A DNA stretch of 63,824 nt, the filler included, from Octopus bimaculoides (taxonomy: Eukaryota), in the NCBI RefSeq assembly GCF_001194135.2. It is 6 parts of 6 records of this genome, joined end to end, with 100 filler letters (N's around TTAATTAATTAA, not from the genome) between each part and the next. Parts side by side here need not be neighbours in the genome. Positions count along the whole stretch, not along the records: positions 18,115 to 48,174 come from NC_068988.1; positions 48,275 to 53,687 come from NC_068986.1; 4 more parts are not named here. One strand, given 5' to 3'. Below, one piece after another: positions 40,361 through 52,429 of the stretch. Each line of letters starts with the position of its first letter. The stretch's first letter is position 1. The notes beneath the pieces are model-generated. The model had not been told where the DNA came from and searched no databases. It saw only the letters and a list, made by a program, of their open reading frames with translations. Made by a program: the position numbers and the translations under genes.

Positions 40361-43300
40361 TGAATATATATTAATGTATATCTGTATTTGTGTCTGCATA
40401 TATTTGCGGGCATGTATATGTGTATATATGTGTGTATTTGTGTGTGTGTATGCATACATACACACGCATGTACACACAAACACACTGAGCTATGAGCATA
40501 GCAATATCGATGGTATCTTTTTTCCCATCTCTAAACAATGAACGAGTTACATTTCCAGTATGTTATTTATCAAAAATATATGATTTCATATACCACATAA
40601 CCCTTCGGATAGCCTGGTCTGGAATAATTAATTGACATTTCCAATAATGATATAAAATAAGATATTTCAATCTTTGCTGCAACTTTCGACGATTTCAAGT
40701 TATTTATGAGCACTCTATAATTGGTAAGCTGGCACTGTCATTTCGAAGTTTCCTTTTCTAATGTTTTGGCATAGAAGCAAAACCAATCAAACCCCCTGCC
40801 GGAGTAACTTGGCGTTTCATGAATTAATGTTAATCCTAAACTATTGGTCTTGGCTCCTAATCGTATTTACACATTTAATTACTTTGCCGTGAAAATTCAG
40901 AACTTTGCCAGTAAATGTCTTCAACAGGCCGAATAAGTTTTCCTTTTTAGAAATAAGCACGGACGTAATGAAAAAAAAAAAATTGTGAAGCCTTATTACT
41001 TGCAATGTGAAAAGATTTTAAAATCATTTATATATATANNNNNNNNNNNATATATATGAATGCGTTTCTGTTTGTGCGTATACGCAATCTTATTGCTTAT
41101 ATTTGGATACTACAAACTATTTTCTTTATTTTTTTCTTTTAAATGCATACCTTAAAATGTACGTATCATGATCACAGGAAATAATCTGAAAATAATACTT
41201 GCATTTTTATTTTCTACCAGTTAAATTCTTAACGGTACAATCCAATTTATTGTTCTTGCAAACATAACTTCGACTTTTCGCTAAAACATTTTATTAGATG
41301 TGAAAATATTATACATTTTTTATAAAAGCCATTGCGACTTTTTACTTTTTAACTGCGGAAAAGATTGCCTTATAACCACCAATGTGAGATGAATTGCCAC
41401 TTATGAAGCCACGTCGTTTTATGTCTTGGCGATAAAGGAATTTATATATATATACAACCAGTAAATTTGCATGTTCTTCTCTATGTAATGAAAATAGAGG
41501 TAAAATATATTTAGAATTTCTGAATATTTTCACACACACTTCAAAGAACACTCCCCAATGCAAGTCATCGTCACATTTACATGTCAATGAATAAAATTCT
41601 TTTTTTCCACACACTCTCACACATGCCTATACATGAACACATACAAATACGATCATACGCATACATATAATGTTGAGATATATTTAATACGATTTGACGG
41701 AATTCTGATCGTTTTACTATATATGTCGTCAACGAAACAGAGGCTCACTCGTTGAGCTAAATCTCAATCACGATAGAAACTGGATAATTTGGCTTTTGCC
41801 AAATTTGCAACCAATAGAAAATGCATACACCATAGAACAAAAAACAAATATAATCATAATTGTTGCCGGTCCGAGTGGCATTACTTCGTATGGAACGGTG
41901 ATTGTTAAATTTTCAAATGACGCCCCCTCGTTAAGAAGAGAGTTTAATGCAAGCTTTCCAGGTACTTATGATTATTAGAATGAATGAACACATTATATGA
42001 AATATAATGAAGGAAATTGTATACAGGCGCACTACAGCTAAAAGAAAAAGAGATGTTGATCGTTAAGTGAGAGTCTTTAAGAAAGAGCCATGCCTGCAAA
42101 AGATATTTGATATGTCCACATATATCTAAACTTAGAAGAAGAATTTTTAAAGAACATGGCTCCTTCGTGAATCTATTGAAATAGTGAACCGATGGAAATA
42201 CGATTTATACAGTCATGATTATACACCTGTTTATGTTAATGTGAGATTCTATGAGATTCTACAGTTTTAATCAAACGTTAATTTGTTTTCATTTAAGTAT
42301 GTTAAAATGGGTTTCATGTAAGTCCATTATATCTAATGAATAGAAAATTTGGTACACAAGTGAAACAATACTGTTGTATTATTAGATTAAAACATATTCG
42401 AATCATTATCATAAAATGTATGTTACGTATACAGGTAAAAATGTTTTTCATTAGTTCAGAAGAAAATCAAATATCCTATACATTAAAAATAAGCGATATA
42501 TTGATTTTGTATAATATACAAGTTAACAATAATATAAATATATTTGAGGTATGTCATGCTTCAAGGAGTGTAGAAATTATTTTTATAGTCACATAAAGAA
42601 TGACATAAATATAATATTTATCTAAATACAATACATTTAATGGTTATTGCTCAAAATAGTTTCTAAATTGATTTTGCATAACTGGTTTGGAATATGGAAA
42701 TATAGATTTAAATGCAAGCAACCATCTTCTGTTGAACAAAACATATTGAAATGCCTCTAACATTTAGTATGACATTCCAACAATTCACAAATAGAGGATA
42801 CAATATTGGGAGCAGAGTAGGGTATACATTACGGTAATCTTAACTCACATTTATTAGCTGCAGCACGAATTTTCCTAAATTATCCGGAAATGAATTTACC
42901 AGCAAAATTTCAAATGAGAAAAAAAAAATATGGGAGAATACATTATATCAGATGGTTTTTTTCCCCTGTTTCTTTCAATTTAAAAGAGGTACTAGAAAAT
43001 GAAATTGAAAACGATTGGGATCATGTCCGAATTTAGGAATCACTTTTTGATACACTCCTAGTTATTTTCCTAAAGATGTAACATAGCAAAATATCTATTC
43101 GATGTAACGAGATATCGAGGGACAGTCCAGACACATGTTTATCTGCTATTGTTGACCTTCACCAGAAAATAGAATTTTTAATTTATATGATTTTCAGCTT
43201 GTAACTGCTTTTGTCAATAGATTGCAACAATACTTGGACACCTACTTCAAGAACAGTAGTTGAACAAACTGACACCATAACTTATTATTTGTTCGTAAGC

Positions 43301-43442
43301 TGGTAACGATTCTATCGCTAAGAAAGAGGGAGGCAACCACAGACACACATTGTCAAGCTTTGGTGGGAGACAAAAATACTCGCAAACAATCCTTCCCTAA
43401 TTATAACTTTATTTATCTTTCTGTCACTCAATCTCAGTCTCG

Positions 43443-43496
<54 letters not shown>

Positions 43497-43576
43497 TATA
43501 TAGGTGTGTCCGTGTGTATGAGTGTGCGTGTATGTATGTATGTATGTATTATGTATATATACATATATATATATAT

Positions 43577-43610
<34 letters not shown>

Positions 43611-43789
43611 TATGAGCGATAATGGTGTCATTTAGACCCAGCGGTTTTAGGTAATGCTGAGTAAGTGCTATGGATAGACCATAGTTAAACTCCAGGTTTG
43701 GTGATCAGGCGAATAAGGGGTTCAAAGTATGTCATATATCAGCGTGTGAATATTAAGATTTATTTTTCATAATGAGATAAGAAACCAAG

Positions 43790-44600
43790 GCTGCGTGCAT
43801 TGTAGAAAAATATAAATAGACGTTCTTACAGCTGTTTCCAAAATATTTATTATATCCCTTCATCGGAGACGGTGTGAGAGAACGGTTAAGAAATAGTTAA
43901 TTTAAATAAGATAGGAAATAGGGAGTGAATTCAGGGATATTGTATTTGTAAATCCTTTGTTTAGGCAGAATGGTATACATATAAGATTCCAATACATTGG
44001 GAGTAAAATCCAACAGTCTTTAAGATTGGTCATTGCATTTGTAAATCCATAATTAAAATTCCAATACCCTATGGGTAAAATCCAACAATCTTTGAAATTG
44101 GTCATTCCAAATACAGAGTTTATACACAGAGTTATTGAATCAAGGGTTCTGTTTAACGTGTCCTAAAAGAAGCGAATGTATTAGTAAGGCCAAATCGAAA
44201 ATAGTATTCCGTTTTCCTTTTTCATTATTCCTTTTATTATTTTCTTCCTTTTTTCTTCCCTTTCTCCCTCTTTTTCCTCTTCCTTTATTCCTCTCTTCTT
44301 GTTTTCGATTTGGCCTTACTAATACCTCTGGCGTGGTACTTGTAAGCAATATATGACGTTTTAAATTTGTATTAAAACTAGGTTTTACAGAAAACATATT
44401 TAGGAATTTCCTATATTTAAGTAAGTTACGACTCGCAAGCCTTTTCATATATGTATTTCTTTACGAATGACATTAAAGCGGCTACTCTTTTCACAAGTAA
44501 CATCGCAATTAATGACACAAAACTAAACTCATATTTCCCAAACATACACCCAAAGAAACAACAAACAATTGCCTCTAACAAAAAGTTTTCATTAAACAGA
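43790..44600 (-). mobile_element. Probable Penelope-like element 3' region ending in a hammerhead-bearing terminal repeat
   Basis: Residual frames (..KYRKFLNMFSVKPS..), an internal ~65-bp tandem duplication (43985-44107), then the hammerhead motif at 43824-43870. The assignment rests mainly on the ribozyme motif. Confidence 0.45.
43824..43870 (-). ncRNA. Minimal type I hammerhead motif, decayed (U4C)
   Basis: GUCU-CCGAUGA-A-GGGAUAU(AAUAA)AUAUUUU-G-GAAA-CAGCUG-UA^AGA; palindromic stem III ACAGCUGU and stem I UCU/AGA. Confidence 0.6.
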
Positions 44601-46615
44601 ATCCTCCATCTCCATGCTACACACACACAATACATAAACACAAAAATCACGTACGACGCACGCTTAAAAACATGTATCCACAATCACACACACATTCATA
44701 CACGTATGTGTGTTGCGTTGCATGTGTGTTCATGTGCGTGTAACCATCGATAACTTTAGGACATCAGGTGATATTATAGCGTATACTTTGGTGATAACAC
44801 ACACTCACATACGTATATATATATATATTTCATCCTCCCCATATGTAACCCGCTACAAACAATATAAGAATGCGTTTTATCAAAGTTTACTTCTTTTTCG
44901 TGAATTGTGCTGACGTTGATCACTTCAGTCTTCTATTACTATGCATATCATTTGTTTTGCATTGGAAATGTTATATTTCTATTCATTGCAGCAATTTATA
45001 TGTTTCATATTCCTCTACATTACAGCATTTGATATATTACGTTCTGCAAATTGTTCGTTCGTAATGTTTGCTTCAGGATTCAGCTGAAATTCTTATATTC
45101 TAAGTACAAGGCTTTCATTTCAATCTGCATTATCTGAATAAGATTTACTGTTACCGAACTGGATTATGTAGCTTCAGATTCAATATATTTTGAGGTCATT
45201 TCTGGATGTATTTCAGATTGTGCTGAAGTTATAGGAAATCATGTTTGATTAATACTGCCTTACATTTTGCTCTTTATTTCATTGCCTCGAATTCCCTAAC
45301 TGCTACGAAAGCATTGCACCAACTATACTTTATTTACTTTTGCTTCTTTCCGAATGTCTTTGTTTAAGTATCTCAATATTGCTTGCTGGAAAGATAGGGG
45401 GGGGGGGAACAATGTAAAGTTTTAGTTTTCTGCCTTTATCTATCGTATGCACAATTTTCATAAAAAAATCCTTCGATAATTGTATAGTTATATATGCATA
45501 TAGCGTGAAAGAGCTATGGGTTATTCTACATAATATCTGTTGAAAAGAGTTTCATGATATAGGTTTCAAAACGTTGCGAATCTCTCTTACCCTGTCACTC
45601 TTGTTGTCTGTAACTGTGCATATGTCTATACATCTTTGTATACATTCGTGCCAGCATACGCACACATACACTTACACACCCACTTTCTCTCTCCCCATCG
45701 CAGGAACGCATTATATTACAAAGAATAAGCAATATTGAGTTATATAACTCATGCATAAACTCAGTAATTTAGGGTATGTTCTATGTATTTCTCATTCGTT
45801 ATTTTATGGATTTACTTTACCTCTCTCGCGAGTACGTTTTTCTATTGAAGTTAAACAGTCTAAGCTGGTGCAATGGGTATTCTCACGTGACTTTCTAATA
45901 TAATTGAATAATAAATGCAGATGTTCCTGCGTGGGTGTGAGTGTACTGTGTCATGTGTTTCATAATTCAAAAGCATCCAAAACATTTTAAGGAAAGGCAT
46001 TGAATATTTAATTCCAGTTTGATAAATACTAATTGGTACCTGCATTAATTGAAGGCCCTTGCTATATACCATGTTATTCGTATGGCAAAGTGCAGGAAAT
46101 ATTGTGGACTTTTTCAAAATTTAAATCTTATGTGAGATATTCGTTTACTTACATACTGATACACATACTCACAAACGTACACAGACACACATATCATTGC
46201 TATTATTTTGGCAGCGAACATTCATAAAACATGTCAGGATTGTTTATCAGTTACTACTCCAAGAGAAACAAAGGCGACTGTGATATAATGCATATGCTTG
46301 TGTGTGTGTGTGGGGGGGGGTCTGAATGAATGTTATATATGTACATGGGTACAAGCACTTTTTTATATCATTATTTTTTCTCCTTTTATTACCTCATCCA
46401 CACTAGACTCAATGCCTGATAGTATGTGTTATATTAAACTGAAACATGATATCGGATTCGTAAATCTCTTGACAATAAGATGGAAACCATTTAACCACCA
46501 AATTCTGTATTCTGACTGCATGAAATTAAATTCCCGTCATTGAATATACAATGATAATCTTAGCAAAAACAATGTGTTCTGGGTTTCTGTTACCAGTGTC
46601 TGCTGAGTGAAATAC

Positions 46616-46695
46616 CTGTGGTTGCTGTTCAGATACTTCACAGGAAGTAAGATACTCATGACACAACCCTTTGTATGCCCCCACTATTATTATTT
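46616..46695 (-). CDS. Candidate internal exon, 80 nt, phase 1-0 (xIIIVGAYKGLCHEYLTSCEVSEQQPQ)
   Basis: Acceptor TGATTTGTAG, donor CAG|GTATTT, single open frame. Confidence 0.3.
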
Positions 46696-47069
46696 CTACA
46701 AATCAATTGTTTAACAGTTAAATCAATATTAACAGATTTAATGCAGAGAAAACTGCAATTCTAATCTAGAATTTTACGGGTAGAAAGTGCGCAATTTTCT
46801 CAATGAACACTTATATTTTACACATGTGTACAAATTTTAAACATGTGTAGAACTTTTGAAATAATAATGATAGCGTCGCTATATACGTGGAGTTAGCCAA
46901 AAGTAAGTGGAAACGTCCCCTGTAGGACGAGCCCTATGTAGCTCAGGCTTCCACCGCTAGAAGAACTCTTGACGCGACCCTCAAGGATCAATAAGCTGAC
47001 CGTCGTCATCGACTGCAGTACTGGAACGTGGTGTGTCTTTGTTTTGCACTACTTCTCCCCTGTTCATCC

Positions 47070-47650
47070 ATTTTGCGTGCTTCCGTGAAAGAATTCTGCT
47101 TTCAGCTGGGGAAACGGCGACGGAAACAGTCGTTATGATTCAAACAACTTAGTAGTACGCTGCCAAGAGCAAAATATATGTTTACCAGTGGTTTTCACGC
47201 TTTAGAAATTGTCACTTGTACCAACCTCGTTCAAGGCTACCATCTACCTCCCGAAAGAACGAAAAATTCACGGAAAGTCATGATCTTGGAGGACCGCCAC
47301 TGAAAAATTGACGAACTTCTTGACATGATCGGTGTGTTCTAGAATTCCTGCGAACGAATTATGCGGAAGGAATTGCGAATGGAAAGACTTGCAGCTAAAT
47401 TTGTGTCAAATCAAGAAGCAGTCACGATTGAACGAGTTTCGTGAACTTAGAGAACAGTTGGAAGTTAATCCGGACCATTTTTCGATGGTTATGAATTTGC
47501 AGATGAGAAAGTGGTATAGAAAAAAAACGTCCGAAGCGTTAAAAGGCATCACTTCGCAAGATATCACTGCTTCCAAAAGTAAAATATTCGTCTGGACCGC
47601 TGCACCAAATGGAGAATTGTTTGAAGGCGACAAAAGTGTAAACATATAAA
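47070..47650 (+). mobile_element. Mariner transposase remnant
   Basis: FCFQLGKTATETVVMI, VYQWFSRF, EDRH*KIDEL and LRMERLAAKFV match the mariner N-terminal HTH region. Confidence 0.8.
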
Positions 47651-47737
47651 ACTAAGTGAATAAGATAATAACACAAAATTCCCTTTCTGTTGGGTACCCC
47701 CTCGTACATTTCTAACGTACAATTTATATATATGAAG

Positions 47738-47945
47738 GCGGCAAACTGACAGAATAGTTAGCATGCCGGGTGAAATGATTAGCGGTATCCCGTCTGTCTT
47801 TACGTTTGGAGGTGAAATTCCGCCGAGGTCGACTTTGCCTTTCATCCTTTTGATAAATTAAGTACCGTTTGAGTGCTGAGGTCTATCTAATCGACTGACA
47901 CTCTTCCCAAAATTTCGGGCCTTATGCCAAGCGTAGAAAAGAATA
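47738..47945 (+). mobile_element. SINE family B
   Basis: Full family B body ending GCCTTATGCCAAGCGTAGAAAAGAAT. Confidence 0.85.
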
Positions 47946-47994
47946 TTTGTTTCAAAATACATGCTAAGTATTAATACGTGCACATGATCATTAA

Positions 47995-48174
47995 CACAAC
48001 TTCATCAATTTTTTTCTCCGTGTTTTTCTCCTTGTCTCCGTATTCTTTCTGTTGAAGAGCGTAGCTCGAAACGTCAAAGACTTTCCGTATTCCCGAGCGT
48101 CATACTAATATATACTTTTGTTATTTACACCACCTGTCCTCGTATGTTGTTATAATTTGTATATTCTCCCATAT
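47995..48174 (+). mobile_element. PLE terminal-repeat-like element
   Basis: Pyrimidine-rich leader, hammerhead motif and AT-rich tail; a second copy lies at 27250. Confidence 0.6.
48044..48080 (+). ncRNA. Minimal type I hammerhead motif with variant CUGUUGA core
   Basis: UCUUU-CUGUUGA-A-GAGC(GUA)GCUC-GAAA-CG-UC^AAAGA: perfect 5-bp stem I, perfect 4-bp stem II, ACGU palindrome and GUC triplet (site after 48075). Confidence 0.75.
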
Positions 48175-48339
48175 NNNNNNNNNNNNNNNNNNNNNNNNNN
48201 NNNNNNNNNNNNNNNNNNTTAATTAATTAANNNNNNNNNNNNNNNNNNNNNNNNNNNNNNNNNNNNNNNNNNNNTATATATATATATATATGTATATATA
48301 TATTTGTATATATATATTTGTATATATATATTTGTATAT

Positions 48340-48900
48340 ATATATATATATATAACAGTACATATTTTTCTTCTCTGTCCCAAACAATTGCATCCAGCCT
48401 GTTATATTTGCACTTGGTAGAAGTTTTATGGGAATGTTCCACTAATGTTCCTTGTGTTAATGCTAATGTATGCATTCAACCACCAAAGAATCCTCTATAT
48501 TTATACCAAGCCAGTTTTTATTTATTTAATGGCATTGTATATCATTTTGGCAACAATGTCATATCACATTGGGAGGTAGTATCTTGATGACATCTTAGAA
48601 AAGCTTCTGATCACATGCGTGATGTCTTACACAAAAATGTGACATAATCAACATTTTTGGTTTCATTTTGGGGTATCAAGAACTTTATTGTCACTTTCAT
48701 TTTATTAAGTATTTTGTAGCAATCTCCTGCTCTTATATTGCAAATACATAGTCTTCAACAGTGTGAGGTAGTGGTCATGAGTCCAAGAAAGGCTGCACTT
48801 CATGTTGGTATTAGTGTTGGCTTCAAGTCTTAGGAAAACATATCCATGCATAATATGCTGAGCATTTCACATCCAGATTTTCTCCTATACATCATTAGCT
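48340..48900 (-). mobile_element. R4/Dong-like retrotransposon, second Zn-knuckle/RLE 3' fragment
   Basis: QEIATKYLI, DITHVI..KMSSRYYLPM*YDIVAKMIYNAI and KCKYNRLDAIVWDREEK. Confidence 0.75.
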
Positions 48901-49360
48901 GTTTTGATAGGAGGTTGTTAAGAAGCGAGTACTTCCTGGAGAGCTCACTGCTGACACATAGAATGTTGTTCTCGTCATTTTCCAACAATACCAGCACTGA
49001 ATTGCTGTTTCATTGGAGTATCCGAGTATCCCACCAGTAGTCCTTGTTATTAAAAGTGTGAGTACATGCTGATTCTGACATGCCTTTGATGTATATATCA
49101 GAGCAATCCTTCCTGAAGATAGCATTATGAATAGTTTTTACAACTATGTCATGCTTCAAGGCCAGGTAGTGTCTCAAAGACATTTTGAGACAGTTGATGA
49201 TGTGGATGATATCTTCCACACTGGCATGATATAGCCAACATTTTCTATCATAATAAAGGTTTAGTGGTGTCTTGTCTCTCTTGTTTATCAGGTAATTGGT
49301 AGCTATCTCCTGTTCCTGGATAATGCAAACATATCCTTCTAGGTGGGTTACAATGTATCT

Positions 49361-49744
49361 GTTGTTGGCACTCCGTCGCTTACGACATCGAGGGTTCTAG
49401 TTTATCTGATCAACGGAACAGCCTGCTCATGAAATTAACGTGCAAGTGGCTGAGCACTCCACAGACACGTGTACCCTTAATGTAGTTTTCGGGGATATTC
49501 AGCGTGACACAGTGTGACAAGGCTGACCCTTTGAATTACAGGTACAACAGAAACAGGAAGTAAGAGTGAGAGAAAGTTGTGGTGGAAGAGTACAGCAGGG
49601 TTCGCCACCATCCCCTGCCAGAGCCTCGTGGAGCTTTAGGTGTTTTCGCTTAATAAACACTCATAACACCCGGTCTGGGAATCGAAACCGCAATCCTATG
49701 ACCACGAGTCCGCTGCCCTAACCACTGGGCCATTGCGTCTCCAC
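49361..49744 (-). mobile_element. SINE family C, full length, 11-bp TSD ACAATGTATCT
   Basis: tRNA head TGGCCCAGTGGTTAG..GTTTCGATTCCC; TSD at 49350-49360 and 49745-49755; closely similar to 52481-52876. Confidence 0.93.
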
Positions 49745-50479
49745 ACAATGTATCTATCACAGGTTCAAGAGAGACTTCTTTTTCAGTCAATGCTGCTGTT
49801 ATCCTCTAGCTTACAACATATGTACCCATGCATTGCTTTTTGCTGGTATGATGTATGATTCTTCTTCAAAACTATCATGTATGTGCATTTATCTTGTCCA
49901 AACTCCATTCCTATATTCCATGAGAATGTCGTGACTGGTTCTAATTGTCTCTTGATGTTTAGTTATCAGAATATAACTTTAGGTCATCAACAAAATATGT
50001 GTGGGGTACATTCATTTTATTCTTTTCTGCATATCTCAGCATGTAACCTTGGCATTTTGTTAACTGACAAGGGATTCACTGCCAGTACAAACAACATTAC
50101 AGATAAACTATCACCCTGAAATGTGCCTATTGGTAACCTAATTCTGTTTGTTACAATAGGTATTGCTTTAGTAGTTGTCAGTAATAACAGTGTTGACCAT
50201 GTTGTGGTCAGTCTTTCAATGGCATTCATGATAGCAGCTGGTACTTTGACAAAGTATTGTTCTATCATTCATGCAGAACAGAGTCAAATCCTTCTTGTAG
50301 TCTAGCCACATTGTTAAGAGATTATGGTAATGTTGTTTGGCTTCCTTAAGAACTGCTTTGTTGATGAGAAGCCATTCAGCACAACCCCAGACACATTTCT
50401 TTCCTCTCGCCTGTTCATAAGTTATCACCTTATTTATTTGGAAGTGCTTTTAGAGAAACATATTCAGGCAACCCGTGTA

Positions 50480-50631
50480 AACATTATTTACATTTGACAG
50501 ATATTTGTTCTCATCTTGTTTGTTGTTAACACAACGTTTCAGCTGATATACCCTCTAGCCTTCATCAGGTGTCTTGGGGAAATTTTGAACCTGGGTTCTC
50601 ATTCCTAAGGTATTTTTCGATGTTGTTGTTG

Positions 50632-50667
<36 letters not shown>

Positions 50668-50738
50668 TCAGTGTCTGGAATTGAACTCGAAATCTTGGGG
50701 TTTGTAGCCCGTGCTCTTAACCACTATGCCACATGCCC
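50480..50738 (-). mobile_element. tRNA-headed SINE (family E) with (AAT)n spacer and hammerhead-bearing tail
   Basis: Head GGGCATGTGGCATAGTGGTTAAGAGC..GAGTTCAATTCC, then (AAT)n, then a unique tail containing the motif at 50528-50573. It interrupts the R4 frame between ..KLYTG and GCLNMFL. Confidence 0.85.
50528..50573 (-). ncRNA. Minimal type I hammerhead ribozyme motif
   Basis: GACAC-CUGAUGA-A-GGCU(AGAGGGUAUAUC)AGCU-GAAA-CG-UU^GUGUU: canonical core, 5-bp stem I, ACGU palindrome, GUU triplet (site between 50533 and 50532). Confidence 0.8.
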
Positions 50739-51664
50739 GTATACAGTTTGTTCATAGCATTCAAGCATGTTAAGGGCCTATAGTTTTTGGCCACATGGGT
50801 TTCTTTGTTCTTAGATATAAGAATACTTTGTGCTACAGTCAGCCAATCAGATATATCTAGCTCAGCCTCCATTGTTTTTTTTAAAACAGAGTCGTGAGAA
50901 TTTCCCTGTAGCTTTTTGTACCAGTAGTCTATTATCAGGTCTCTCCCAGGTGATTTTCCATTCAGAAGTTTCATAATAGCCATTAAGAGTATTTCATAAT
51001 ACCCATTAAGGGTATTTTGGGAGAGGCATTTACACAATACTCACTGTACTGCGTTGTGATTATGTTCTTTGTTTACATTTCAGATTTCCTGCCAGAATGA
51101 CTCTAAGTTTTCCTGGGGAGGAGCATTTACTACCTTGATGGTTTTGCCTTTCATACTGTGATATACAGCTTATGGGTTTTAGGCAAACTTGCAGTTTATC
51201 ATTTTTCAGTCATGTACTTTTTTACAGTAATGAAGTTTTTCACTTGTTGATTGTAGATCGTGTTTGAAGGGGATCAATTTGCTTGTGAGTGTTTCTTAGG
51301 GGCAATTCCCATACAATTTGGAGAATTTATCATGCAGTCATAATTGATGATAGATGATGTGTGAATTCACTTTTAGCTTTGCATTTGATGATAGTATCCA
51401 ACTGTTCTATCTTTTTCCTCAGTCTGTTGATGTTATTTTGGAAGGAGGTAATCTATTTTGGCCCAGTACTATCCTTTGGATTCATCTCTTTTATTCCCAT
51501 AATGTTCTTTGCATATATTCGGAGATCACCATCTCTTTTACTAAGCTTGTATTAATGGCAAACATTAAAGGGGATAGTAATAATTTTCTGAGGGAATGAA
51601 TAGTCCTCTTTGCATGTCTGTATTCAATGCCATGTATGTATGTACATATGTGTGTGTGTGTGTG

Positions 51665-51905
51665 TGTACTCTTGTCTAGAAATCATGTGATGATTGTAAA
51701 TGAGCATCATTGTTATGCAAGCAAGGTCGTTTCTAGACTTACATGAAAACAATGTCTGGCCATAAGGAAATATTACTTTACTTGGAAAAAGATGAGGGCA
51801 TCCAGCTGTAGGGTATCCTGAAGGGTATCCAGTAGTAGAAAATCTGCTTCAACAAATTCCATCTGTCTCATGCAAGCAAGGGGATGTTAAATGACGATGA
51901 TGAAT
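51665..51905 (+). mobile_element. SINE fragment with RTE-type tail
   Basis: GGGCATCCAGC.GTAGAAAATCTGC..CATGC.AGCA..GGA.GTTAAA.GA.GATGATGA tail shared with 56165-56325. Confidence 0.6.
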
Positions 51906-52429
51906 TGTATGAGTTAAATCATAAGCATATAGCCATCCAAATGAAGAACCTTAACCAAATACAAAGACATAATCACTTAAAAATCATAAACGCATATACA
52001 AGTGTAAGCACACACACACACACATGCGCAGTCTCACACACACACACACACACACATGCGCAGTCTCACACACACACACACACACACATAATGACTTGTA
52101 TATTCTTGATACATTCTGGCAGACTCAATCCTGAATGGGTTAATTGTTGTAATGTTTAGTCACTGGAGAATAACTTCTTTACAATGAAGATATATTCATA
52201 ATAAACTTGATTTATTAGTACAAAGAACTCCAGGACATCAGGTGTTTTGACATTGTTGTTTTTTTGCAACCCAAAGCACCCACTGACCAGTTGATCTAGC
52301 AGGAGCCAACAGTCTTTTTTATAATTTCAATGAACAGACTGTTTGCTGAACTATGCTTATATCTTCCAACCAAAAGTAATTATTATATGCACAGTGAACA
52401 GCAAGATTCAAAATGATGATTTACATTAT

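Larger units (their letters stand above)
48900..51620 (-). mobile_element. R4/Dong-like non-LTR retrotransposon (RT, Zn-knuckle, RLE), decayed and split by two SINEs
   Basis: APPQENLESFWQEI, NGKSPGRDLI.DYWYKKL, NYRPLTCLN, GCAEWLLINK..MWLDYKK, GTFQGDSLSVMLFVLAVNPLS and QEQEIAT..EDIIHII.C..HYL.LKHD. Confidence 0.88.
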
